From the IMG/VR virus record IMGVR_UViG_3300048855_000201, positions 1 through 35,881 of that record: DNA of 35,881 nt, one strand, 5' to 3'. Of this stretch, positions 1 through 7,593 are shown piece by piece (position 1 is the first letter of the stretch; each line of letters opens with the position of its first letter). The notes beneath the pieces were generated by a model. It searched no databases. It was given only the letters and a program-made list of their open reading frames with translations, and had not been told where the DNA came from. The DNA comes from a virus (lineage: Duplodnaviria > Caudoviricetes). Both the position numbers and the translations under genes were made by a program.

Positions 1-1245
1 ATGCTCACGGACATCGAGTGCAAGCGGGCCAAGGGGGCTGACAAGCCCTATAGGCTGACCGATTTCAAAGGCTTGCACCTCTATGTGCAGGTCAACGGCC
101 ACAAGTTCTGGCGCATGCGTTACGAGTTCCGGGGGAAGGAGAAGCTGCTGAGCTTCGGACCATACCCGGACGTGTCGCTGGCGGAGGCGCGGGAGGCTCG
201 CGACGAGGCTAAGAAGATCCTGCGCGAGGGCCGCGACCCGGCGGTGGTAAGGCACCAGAGGAAGCTGGCGGCCGGCAATCCGGAAACGAGCTTCGAGAAG
301 GTGGCTCGCGAATGGCACACACTTAAGACTCCCGGCTGGGTCGAGAAACACGCGCAGGACGTGCTCGATAGCCTGGAGGGTGACGTGTTTCCCTCGATCG
401 GGTCGATTCAGATGCGCGATATCGCGCCGGCCGACGTGCTAGCCGTTCTGCGGAAGATTGAAAGCCGTGGCGCCCGGGAAACGGCGAAGCGGGTGAGGCA
501 GCGCATCTCCGCAGTGTTCATCTATGCCGTCGCCACCGGCCGCGCCAACGGCGATCCTGCCGGGTTGCTCAAGACGGTCATGGCACCTCAGCCCCGGACA
601 CGACAGCCGGCGATTACCGACTTGAAAGAGGCGAAGGAGATGCTGGCGAAGATCGAGTCCACGCCAAGCCATCCCATCACGAAGCTGGCCAATCGGCTGC
701 TGGCCTTGACCGTTCTGCGGCCAGGCGCCTTCCGCGGAACGCCATGGTCCGAGTTCGCCGGTGTCGAGGGTACCGATGAGCCGGTTTGGCGTGTGCCAGC
801 GGCGCGAATGAAGCTGAAGCTCGAGCACAAGGACGACGAGGCCCGCGACTTCCTGATCCCCCTCTCCCGTCAAGCCGTTGAGGCTGTCGCCGCGGCTCGG
901 AAAATCACCGGGCGAGGCATCTATGTTTTTCCGAACGGACGGCACCCGCACAAGCCGATGTCAGAGAACGCCATCAGCTACCTGATCAATCGCGCTGGCT
1001 ACCACCATCGCCACGTTCCGCATGGCTGGCGGTCTACGTTTTCGACAGTGATGAACGAGAAGCACAAGGCTGATCGGCACATCATCGACCTCATGCTCGC
1101 ACACGTTCCGAAGGACAAGGTGGAGGGAGCCTACAACCGCGCCGCCTATCTTCAGCGTCGCCGCGAGCTCGCTCAGGAATGGGCCGACATGCTGCTCGAC
1201 GGATTGCCATCGGCCGACGATCTATTGCTCCTGCCCAGGCGATAG
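1..1245 (+). CDS. int: Tyrosine recombinase/integrase, P4 IntA-like with N-terminal arm-binding domain
   Basis: N-terminus LTD...KPYRLTD.KGL.L.V...G.K.WR.RY...GKEK.LS.G.YP.VSLAEARE; catalytic R (LRPG), HGWR, LAH and AYN all present. Confidence 0.96.
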   Translation: MLTDIECKRAKGADKPYRLTDFKGLHLYVQVNGHKFWRMRYEFRGKEKLLSFGPYPDVSLAEAREARDEAKKILREGRDPAVVRHQRKLAAGNPETSFEKVAREWHTLKTPGWVEKHAQDVLDSLEGDVFPSIGSIQMRDIAPADVLAVLRKIESRGARETAKRVRQRISAVFIYAVATGRANGDPAGLLKTVMAPQPRTRQPAITDLKEAKEMLAKIESTPSHPITKLANRLLALTVLRPGAFRGTPWSEFAGVEGTDEPVWRVPAARMKLKLEHKDDEARDFLIPLSRQAVEAVAAARKITGRGIYVFPNGRHPHKPMSENAISYLINRAGYHHRHVPHGWRSTFSTVMNEKHKADRHIIDLMLAHVPKDKVEGAYNRAAYLQRRRELAQEWADMLLDGLPSADDLLLLPRR

Positions 1246-1316
1246 TGGCGAGACGCGGGCGGCAAGAGCACCGCTGATGATAAGGTCGAGCTCCACCTCG
1301 CCTCCCTCGCACCCTC

Positions 1317-1514
1317 ATGGCTATCCCCTCCGACATCGACCTCTGGCGATCGGCCGGCATTATGGTCCGCAAGCACGGCTCGAGCGCACCGACAGCTGCT
1401 GTGGACCGAGCAAAGCGGCTGGAGGCATCAGGCGACAAGGACGGTGCCGCGACCTGGAGGCTGATAGCGCAGCGGTGCGAGGCGCTGTTGAACGAAGAGG
1501 GCACGAGGCAGTAG
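1317..1514 (+). CDS. Small helical hypothetical protein (65 aa)
   Basis: W..A..M...HG..A...A..RA..L...GD..G...W..I pattern seen in small alphaproteobacterial proteins; sits directly before the nuclease gene. Confidence 0.65.
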   Translation: MAIPSDIDLWRSAGIMVRKHGSSAPTAAVDRAKRLEASGDKDGAATWRLIAQRCEALLNEEGTRQ

Positions 1515-1524
1515 ACACCAGCCC

Positions 1525-1983
1525 ATGCGCATCCTGCTTGCCCTCCTCGTCTGCCTCTCCTCCCCTGCCCTCGCTGGCGTCGAGATCGTCGATGGCGACA
1601 CGCTCCGCATCGACGGCGAGCGGGTCCGGCTCTGGGGCATGGACGCGCCCGAGCGCAAACAGGCGTGCGCGATCGGCGGCCAGTCGGTGCCGATCGGCCA
1701 GCGAGCCACAGACACCCTGCGCCAGATCCTGAGCAACGGGCCGCTGCGCTGCGACGCCAAGGACCGGGATCGGTATGGGCGCACGGTGTCCGAATGCTGG
1801 GCAGGCGAAGTCAACGTCAGCGAGGCGATGGTTCGCCTGGGTTGGGCATGGGCTCTGCCGCGGTACAGCAAGGACCGCTATCTGCCGGCGCAGGAGGAGG
1901 CCGAGCATGCGGGCCGCGGCGTCTGGGCTGGCCACGCGAGCTGCGAGGCGCCAGCCCGGTTCCGGCAGGAGCATCGCCGCTAG
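1525..1983 (+). CDS. Secreted thermonuclease (SNase-like)
   Basis: Signal peptide (MRILLALLVCLSSPALA), VDGDT, RL.GMDAPE, DRYGR, MVRLGWAWA, E..A....RGVW. Confidence 0.92.
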   Translation: MRILLALLVCLSSPALAGVEIVDGDTLRIDGERVRLWGMDAPERKQACAIGGQSVPIGQRATDTLRQILSNGPLRCDAKDRDRYGRTVSECWAGEVNVSEAMVRLGWAWALPRYSKDRYLPAQEEAEHAGRGVWAGHASCEAPARFRQEHRR

Positions 1984-2034
1984 GCCACATCTAGCGCCTG
2001 CTCGTCGCCCCAGCCCCAATAGCTAGCATTTTAT

Positions 2035-2049
2035 GAATCGACTCGACTC
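2035..2049. promoter_or_regulatory. Three tandem GANTC (CcrM-type methylation) sites
   Basis: GAATC-GACTC-GACTC in the intergenic region, 18 bp upstream of the LexA box; function is inferred. Confidence 0.5.
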
Positions 2050-2067
2050 TTCGGCTCTCCGGAATTA

Positions 2068-2082
2068 GAACGGAAAGGGAAC
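2068..2082 (+). promoter_or_regulatory. Alphaproteobacterial LexA (SOS) box
   Basis: GAAC-GGAAAGG-GAAC is an exact GAAC-N7-GAAC, intergenic, 23 bp before ATG 2106, heading a co-directional run that contains SRAP genes. Confidence 0.8.
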
Positions 2083-2105
2083 ATTGACGCGACCGAGGTA
2101 CGGAA

Positions 2106-2516
2106 ATGGACCTGCTCCCACCAGTTGTCGCCAACGCGATGCGAGGCAGAGCACTCGACCAAGCGAGCCGCACTCTCGGGCTCGAATGCCTGAAGCTGAT
2201 GGGCGATCGGCTGCTCTTGGCGAAGGGCCAGGACGCGGGGGGCGACATCGATCCGGAGTGCGCCCTGCCGCTGGGCGCCAACGAGCGCGTCGCGCTCTGG
2301 CAGGCGGCCCGTTGGATCAATGAGGGAATCGACAGTCGGAAGCCCGGCAAGCTGCAGGAGGCGCTGGCCGAGCTTCACGGTATGGCGCGCGCCGGAAGCC
2401 TGCCGATCGACACCGCTGTGGCCCCCGCAGAGGCCCTGAGCTGTACCGACGAGGATCTGTGGGACCAGGTGCGCTCGTTCTGCGAGGTCTTCGGCCCGCG
2501 CCTGCCGGAGGCGTGA
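2106..2516 (+). CDS. Hypothetical protein (136 aa), first gene after the LexA box
   Basis: GAGG RBS, GC-rich codon usage, tight spacing to the next ORF. Confidence 0.7.
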   Translation: MDLLPPVVANAMRGRALDQASRTLGLECLKLMGDRLLLAKGQDAGGDIDPECALPLGANERVALWQAARWINEGIDSRKPGKLQEALAELHGMARAGSLPIDTAVAPAEALSCTDEDLWDQVRSFCEVFGPRLPEA

Positions 2517-2519
2517 GCG

Positions 2520-2813
2520 ATGCCCTATCAAGATCTGATCAAGAGCATCGAATGGTCGATCGCGCTGGCGTTCCGCGGCTTGGGTGCCGGCCATCCGAGC
2601 CGGCGAACGCGCGGCGTCGACGAAGCGAAGGCGACGCTGCTCGCCTCCAGGGCGATTGAGCAGTTGAGGGTGAGCGGCTACGTGCTCGGCCATCGCGAGC
2701 ATCCGGTCACGACCTGGGTCAATGGCGGCCCCGACATTGTCGTAACACCCCACGAGGAACGCCTACCGCCGTCGACCGACTGGATGCTGCCCAGCAGCGC
2801 GAAGAAGGAGTGA
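2520..2813 (+). CDS. Hypothetical protein (97 aa)
   Basis: GGAGG RBS just upstream, 3 nt after the previous stop. Confidence 0.65.
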   Translation: MPYQDLIKSIEWSIALAFRGLGAGHPSRRTRGVDEAKATLLASRAIEQLRVSGYVLGHREHPVTTWVNGGPDIVVTPHEERLPPSTDWMLPSSAKKE

Positions 2814-2817
2814 GCCC

Positions 2818-2997
2818 ATGCCGCGCGACCTGGAGGCGAAGCTTGTCGATGTCCAGATCGAGCATGAGATCCGCTGCAACGAATTGCGCTGGAAAGCACT
2901 CGAACTCGGTATGCGGGAGGAGGAGATCGCGGCCCTGCTGCGGCTGGATCTCGACCAGGCGGAGCACCAGCTTAGAGCGATCAGCGTAGAACCATAA
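2818..2997 (+). CDS. Hypothetical 59-aa helical protein (MPRDLEAKLVDVQIEHEIRCNELRWKALELGMREEEIAALLRLDLDQAEHQLRAISVEP), absent from the ORF track
   Basis: AAGGAG RBS, ATG 2818, TAA 2995-2997; fills the gap before SRAP exactly. Confidence 0.7.
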   Translation: MPRDLEAKLVDVQIEHEIRCNELRWKALELGMREEEIAALLRLDLDQAEHQLRAISVEP

Positions 2998-3010
2998 GGG
3001 GGAGGCGGGA

Positions 3011-3736
3011 ATGTGCGGGCGCACCACACACAATATGACCTGGGAAGAGATCTGGTCGCTCTACACCTTCGGAAAGCCGGCACCGCGGCCGGCGCCGAAC
3101 AGCTTCCGCGACAGCTGGAACGTCGCCCCGACGACGATCAATCCCGTCTGCAGGCTCGACAAGGACGGCCAGCGCGACGTCGCCATGCTGCGCTGGGGCT
3201 TGCTGCCCGTCTGGGCGAAAGATCTGAAGTTCGGCATGAGTTGCATCAACGCCCGCGATCTCGATGACAAGGGCAAGACGGTCGCCGAGCGGCCTGCCTT
3301 CAAGGCGGCGTTCAATAGCCGGCGGTGCCTGGTGCCGGCGAACCTGTTCTATGAATGGCAGAAGGGCGCGGACCCGAAGGTGAAGCAGCCCTATGCCATC
3401 GGCCTGCGCGACGGCTCGCCGATGTCCTTCGCCGGCCTGTGGGAATGGTGGAAGGACCGAGCGAGCGGCGAGGAGGTCGAGACCTATACGATCGTCACCA
3501 CCAGCCCCAACGCGCTGATGGCGCAGTTGCACGACCGCATGCCGGTGATCCTGGCGCCGGAGGACTGGCCAGCGTGGCTGGGTGAGGTCGAGACGACGGC
3601 GGAACAGCGCCTTGCGCTTCTGAGGCCCTATCCGGCAGAGCAGATGACGGCCTGGCCGGTCGACGTCCGGGTCGGGAATGTCCGCAACAACGATGCCGAT
3701 CTCATCACGCCGATCGGCGAGCCTCTGGCGGCTTGA
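3011..3736 (+). CDS. SOS response-associated peptidase (SRAP/YedK/HMCES family), intact
   Basis: MCGR N-terminus (Cys2), WNVAPT, WGL.P.W, INAR, RRCLVPA..FYEW, HDRMP, VGNVRN; GGAGG RBS. Confidence 0.95.
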   Translation: MCGRTTHNMTWEEIWSLYTFGKPAPRPAPNSFRDSWNVAPTTINPVCRLDKDGQRDVAMLRWGLLPVWAKDLKFGMSCINARDLDDKGKTVAERPAFKAAFNSRRCLVPANLFYEWQKGADPKVKQPYAIGLRDGSPMSFAGLWEWWKDRASGEEVETYTIVTTSPNALMAQLHDRMPVILAPEDWPAWLGEVETTAEQRLALLRPYPAEQMTAWPVDVRVGNVRNNDADLITPIGEPLAA

Positions 3737-4452
3737 CCATGGCCGGCCAAGGCGACAGCCTCGAACGGCTGAAGGAACTGACCAGGCTCCGGGACGAGCG
3801 GAACCACGCGCACGGTGATCGCTGGGGGACCACCGGCCCAGGCGAATGGTGCATCGTCCTGCGCCGTCATCCCGAGACGGGCGGCCGCCACTGGGACCTG
3901 CTGCAATGGGGCCTCGTCCCGCGGTGGGCGCGCGACCGTGCCAGCCCGCAGCTGCACGCCAGGGCAGAGACCGTGCACGAGCTGCCCAGCTTCAGGGAAG
4001 CGTTCGCCCGGCGGCGCTGCCTGATCATCACCGATCAGTTCGTCGAATTCCGGACGCTCGGCCGGCCCAAGGGGCAGCAGGTTGCCTTCGGGTTGGCCGA
4101 CGGTCGGAGTTTTGCGGTCGCCGGGATCTGGGAGGCCTGGCGCATCCCGGAGACCGGTGACTGGCTCCGCACCTTCGCGGAGGTCACGGTCGACGCCAAC
4201 GACACGGTCGGCGAGATGCACGACAGGATGCCGGCGGTGCTGCCGCGCGAGGCGTGGTCAGCGTGGCTCGGCGAAGTGCCGGCGACCGAGTTGGAACTGC
4301 GCAGTCTGCTGCGGCCGTTCCCGGCCGAGCTGCTGACCTGCTGGCCGGCCAAGGGGAAGCGCCCGCCGCCCGGACAGATCCTCACGCCGAACAACACACA
4401 GCAGCAGCGCCGCACGGCACCTGAGCCGCCGCGGCAAGGGTCGCTGCTGTAA
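3733..4452 (+). CDS. Second SRAP-family protein lacking the N-terminal catalytic Cys (start TTG 3733 or ATG 3739)
   Basis: WGLVPRW, HARAETV.ELPSFREAF..RRCL, FVEF, AGIWE, HDRMP; N-terminus MAGQGDS replaces MCGR; coupled to the upstream SRAP stop. Confidence 0.85.
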   Translation: MTMAGQGDSLERLKELTRLRDERNHAHGDRWGTTGPGEWCIVLRRHPETGGRHWDLLQWGLVPRWARDRASPQLHARAETVHELPSFREAFARRRCLIITDQFVEFRTLGRPKGQQVAFGLADGRSFAVAGIWEAWRIPETGDWLRTFAEVTVDANDTVGEMHDRMPAVLPREAWSAWLGEVPATELELRSLLRPFPAELLTCWPAKGKRPPPGQILTPNNTQQQRRTAPEPPRQGSLL

Positions 4453-4485
4453 GCTCGGCGGCGTCGTAAACTGGAGGCCGTTTCG

Positions 4486-4857
4486 ATGGGCGAACGTCGA
4501 CGGAAGGAGGCTGCGGCGCAGCAGGAGAAGCTGGATCCGATCCTGGTCCACGCCGAGGAATATGAGGGCGCGATCATTGAAGCCCTTGAGGCCGACGCCA
4601 ACGGCAGCCGGGAGGCGAAGATCCGGGCCATGCGACGCTATCTGGACGCGTGTCGCTGTGTCAGGGAGATGACACCAGAGGATCAGGCGCGCGCCGATTT
4701 CCACATGCAAGCGCGAGGCAATATCCGACCGGAGAACGAGCGGGAGGTTAATGACGCCCTCTTGCGCCTCAATGAGGAGTTGGAACGCCAGCTCGACCTA
4801 TTCGAGGACGGACCGGACGCTGAACCCGTCGACGTCCATCTCCACGTCTTCATCTGA
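4486..4857 (+). CDS. Hypothetical protein (123 aa), acidic/helical
   Basis: GGAGG RBS, open frame filling the gap. Confidence 0.65.
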   Translation: MGERRRKEAAAQQEKLDPILVHAEEYEGAIIEALEADANGSREAKIRAMRRYLDACRCVREMTPEDQARADFHMQARGNIRPENEREVNDALLRLNEELERQLDLFEDGPDAEPVDVHLHVFI

Positions 4858-4864
4858 CCTGATC

Positions 4865-4889
4865 GAACTGAAGCTGCGCTACGGGCGTT
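4865..4889 (+). promoter_or_regulatory. Possible ECF (sigma-EcfG/sigma-T general stress) promoter
   Basis: GAAC-N17-CGTT (consensus GGAAC-N16/17-CGTT, first G mismatched), ending 8 nt before ATG 4898, which has no RBS and so fits a leaderless mRNA. Confidence 0.4.
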
Positions 4890-4897
4890 GATACTGC

Positions 4898-5146
4898 ATG
4901 GCGAACTGCACCGACCCGAGTGATTGGAACGTCCTCACAACCGGCCACGGCACCGGAACCGTAGGCTGTGGCGATCTCCGCGGCTGGTTCACGCGCAACA
5001 GCCATGGCCACATCCAGATCGACTGGTCCAGCGCACCTGAAGGCGGGCTTCCACCGGATGTCCTCCGAGCCGCGACCGAAGCGTGCGAGAAGGCCGACGG
5101 CGGTCAGCAGACAAGCAAGGCCGGGCGCAACAACGCCGGAGGCTGA
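4898..5146 (+). CDS. Small hypothetical protein, paralogue 1 (D.SDW.V..G..GTV.C...RG.F motif)
   Basis: Clear similarity to the next ORF supports both as coding. Confidence 0.7.
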   Translation: MANCTDPSDWNVLTTGHGTGTVGCGDLRGWFTRNSHGHIQIDWSSAPEGGLPPDVLRAATEACEKADGGQQTSKAGRNNAGG

Positions 5147-5147
5147 G

Positions 5148-5363
5148 GTGGCGAGCGGTCGCGATGCGTCGGATTGGACCGTCGAGCATGACGGCGATGA
5201 AGGCACGGTGCGGTGCCCGGAATACCGCGGCCGCTTTCGTGTCGACCGGCGCGGTGTGATCCAGGTCATATGGCAAGACGGCGGCCCTGGGCCAGGCGAG
5301 GCTGGCCCGGTTGGTCGCGCTGCCTATGAGGCGATCGAGGCGGCGATCAGGCCGAGGGCGTAG
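5148..5363 (+). CDS. Small hypothetical protein, paralogue 2 (71 aa, GTG start)
   Basis: GGAGG at 5138-5142 and GTG at 5148, 1 nt after the previous stop; aligns with paralogue 1. Confidence 0.7.
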   Translation: MASGRDASDWTVEHDGDEGTVRCPEYRGRFRVDRRGVIQVIWQDGGPGPGEAGPVGRAAYEAIEAAIRPRA

Positions 5364-5414
5364 TAGGCTCAGTGGCGACGCGACCTGTATCCGGGCCAAA
5401 CAACAGGAGCCTCT

Positions 5415-5642
5415 ATGACAGAACGACGGGAACTCTATCGGAGCCCGAGCGGTGACGCGTGGTTCCTCGGACGCGAGCCGACCGATGGTCATGCGTTCAT
5501 CATCCATCAACCCAACGCTCCGTCCGGCGGCCGGCTGTCCCATATCGAACTGGGTGAATTCCTGCGCAGCGGCAGCGGGCCGGAGCACCAAGCGTTGCTG
5601 CGCTTGATCGGAACGCTGGTCGAGGTGCCGCCATATGCCTGA
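5415..5642 (+). CDS. Small conserved-type hypothetical protein (RELYRS.SGD.WFL...H.PN..SGG...PEHQALL.LIG)
   Basis: AGGAG RBS; motif pattern familiar from rhizobial small proteins. Confidence 0.75.
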   Translation: MTERRELYRSPSGDAWFLGREPTDGHAFIIHQPNAPSGGRLSHIELGEFLRSGSGPEHQALLRLIGTLVEVPPYA

Positions 5643-5718
5643 GGCGCGAGGAGCCGATGCGGCGACCCTCATGCCGGCCCCCTAGCCGACTCACCCGCCG
5701 GCGCGCTATCGCTCAGGA

Positions 5719-5925
5719 ATGAGCGACGCCCCTCCTCCATCGAAGACCTTCGCCCCCGGCTGGGAACACTACTGCGAGCACCCCGGCTGCACCGAGTGGG
5801 GCGCGTTCGGCAGCCCGGGCCCGCGCGGGGAGACCGTGTGGCACTGCAAGGAGCATGACCCGGATCACGGACTCGGAGCCGGCGGCAAGGGCTGGAGGGG
5901 CCCGAGCACGATCGGGAAGCCGTAG
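5719..5925 (+). CDS. Small Cys/His protein, possible Zn finger
   Basis: C-x4-C (CEHPGC)...WGAFG...W.C..H. Confidence 0.6.
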   Translation: MSDAPPPSKTFAPGWEHYCEHPGCTEWGAFGSPGPRGETVWHCKEHDPDHGLGAGGKGWRGPSTIGKP

Positions 5926-5988
5926 GCGCCTTCGATCGGGGTGCATGTTTCCTGCTAGTGCGGCACCGTCGAGTCAGATAAGAATCCG

Positions 5989-6117
5989 ATGTCAATAATG
6001 GGGAGGTGGGGCGGCTTGAAGGGGGGTCGGGCTCGCGCCGAGAAATTATCGCCGGAACAGCGAGCCGAGATTGCCAGGCGGGCCGCCGCCGCCAGATGGC
6101 GGAGAAATGACGACTGA
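5989..6117 (+). CDS. 42-aa basic peptide MSIMGRWGGLKGGRARAEKLSPEQRAEIARRAAAARWRRNDD, absent from the ORF track
   Basis: Matches the GG.KGG.ARA..L.PE.R.EIA..AA.ARW motif, found stand-alone and at the N-terminus of P63C-domain proteins; overlaps the start of the next gene. Confidence 0.75.
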   Translation: MSIMGRWGGLKGGRARAEKLSPEQRAEIARRAAAARWRRNDD

Positions 6118-7375
6118 AATTGCGATTATTAATCGCCAAGCGATAGCCCTGGCAGCAGATAGCGCCGTCACAGTTGGCCGTGACAAGATTTGGAAGAGCG
6201 CCAATAAAATATTCTCGCTGGCTCCTCACAATGATGTCGCTATTATGATTCATAATTCCGGAGAGTTCGTCGGCCATCCTTGGGAGCCGATCATTAAAAC
6301 ATTTCGAGAGCAGTGCGGGGCAAAAAGATTCGAGACTGTGGCTGACTTGGCGACTGCCTTCTTTAAATTCATTGGCGACAGCAGATTTTCCAACAAGGAA
6401 CTAGAAACCGCCGTAGCAACATTTGATTTTTTAGATCGACTTGAAGCTATGAAAAAACGGCTAACTTATAAAGGGAAGATGGAGTTCCGCTCAGCATTTC
6501 AGAAGTATATCACAAATGAATTGTCATCTGTTTGTGACAAAGAAGTGGTTTTGTCGAAATTAACAAAGATGGAATTCGAATCTGTATTTGATGAGTATAT
6601 TATTAAGTTAACTAAGGATGTATTAAAGGAACACGTAACAATCGGAATGCGTAAAACGATCGTTAATTTATTCTTCGAGATATTTAGAAGAAAAATATCC
6701 TCCAATTATGATAGCGGGATTGTGTTTGCCGGATATGGCAAAGCTGAAATGTTTCCGCGCATCATATATTACGCTGTGGATGGAAAATTCCGAGAAAACG
6801 TTAGATACTGGTTAAAAGATGATCACGACCTCAACGTCAACCCATTAAATGTAGCTGTTATGCCATTTGGCCAGCCCGATATGATAGTCTTATTTATGGA
6901 AGGAATTGTCTCCGTATACAAGAGATTCATAAAGGAGACATTGGAGAATATATTGAAGGACAAATCAGAGTCTATAGTAAATGCTTTTGTCAAAGATGAT
7001 GATCAAAGACTCGTGGAGACTAGACTGCAGAAGGATGACAATGCGCTGATTGTGGAAAAGTTTATTGAGGGGTTTCGCGCATACCGTGAGGAGAGATACG
7101 TGGACCCTGTATTGCAAGTTCTCAATGCGCTACCAAAAGAAGAGATGGCTGCGATGGCCGAAGCATTGGTTGAACTAACTTCATTGCGGCGTAAGGTGGC
7201 GTCGAAGACGGAGTCGGTCGGAGGCCCAACAGATGTGGCCATCATTTCAAAGGGTGACGGAATTATATGGGTGAAACGTAAGCATTATTTCGATATTGCA
7301 ATGAATCAAGATTTCCTGTATCGTAAGAACTCGAGATTGAATGGAGGGAACTATGAAGAGAAGCGGGCAGACTGA
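6107..7375 (+). CDS. Proteasome-beta/HslV-like N-terminal Thr (Ntn) hydrolase-fold protein with large insertions, 422 aa; candidate defence gene
   Basis: From ATG 6107, after Met removal: Thr1, Asp17 (ALAADS), Lys33 (ANKIF), internal GIVFAGYG, C-terminal SVGGPTDVAIISKGDG; markedly AT-rich versus flanks. Confidence 0.75.
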   Translation: MTTEIAIINRQAIALAADSAVTVGRDKIWKSANKIFSLAPHNDVAIMIHNSGEFVGHPWEPIIKTFREQCGAKRFETVADLATAFFKFIGDSRFSNKELETAVATFDFLDRLEAMKKRLTYKGKMEFRSAFQKYITNELSSVCDKEVVLSKLTKMEFESVFDEYIIKLTKDVLKEHVTIGMRKTIVNLFFEIFRRKISSNYDSGIVFAGYGKAEMFPRIIYYAVDGKFRENVRYWLKDDHDLNVNPLNVAVMPFGQPDMIVLFMEGIVSVYKRFIKETLENILKDKSESIVNAFVKDDDQRLVETRLQKDDNALIVEKFIEGFRAYREERYVDPVLQVLNALPKEEMAAMAEALVELTSLRRKVASKTESVGGPTDVAIISKGDGIIWVKRKHYFDIAMNQDFLYRKNSRLNGGNYEEKRAD

Positions 7376-7538
7376 TGGCGGCGCCACTGTTGATCCAGCT
7401 TGGCTGGCCGCGCTTTTGAGGCCGGCGGCCGATGATAGGTCGCCAGAAGAGGCCGGGCGCGATCTCGCTCGCGAAATCAACGAAGCAGTCATCCAGGCTA
7501 GAAAAGAAGCCGATATCAAATTGACCGAACCTGCTTGA
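7353..7538 (+). CDS. Hypothetical 61-aa protein overlapping the end of the Ntn gene
   Basis: GGAGGG RBS before ATG 7353; followed by a terminator. Confidence 0.55.
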   Translation: MKRSGQTDGGATVDPAWLAALLRPAADDRSPEEAGRDLAREINEAVIQARKEADIKLTEPA

Positions 7539-7564
7539 CGCTCAAGCATCGCCGGCCTGCTCTC

Positions 7565-7593
7565 GAGCCCCGCTTCGGCGGGGCTCTTCGTTT
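7565..7593 (+). terminator. Intrinsic terminator
   Basis: GAGCCCCGC-TTCG-GCGGGGCTC (9-bp stem, UUCG loop) followed by TTCGTTT. Confidence 0.8.

Noticed and set aside
4968-5147. Long N-terminal extension of ORF 4968..5363
   Set aside because: Overlaps paralogue 1; homology and RBS point to GTG 5148.
6071-6106. ORF-track start (TTG 6071) for the 434-aa ORF
   Set aside because: This stretch is the coding region of the 42-aa peptide in another frame; ATG 6107 has a GGAG RBS and exposes Thr1.
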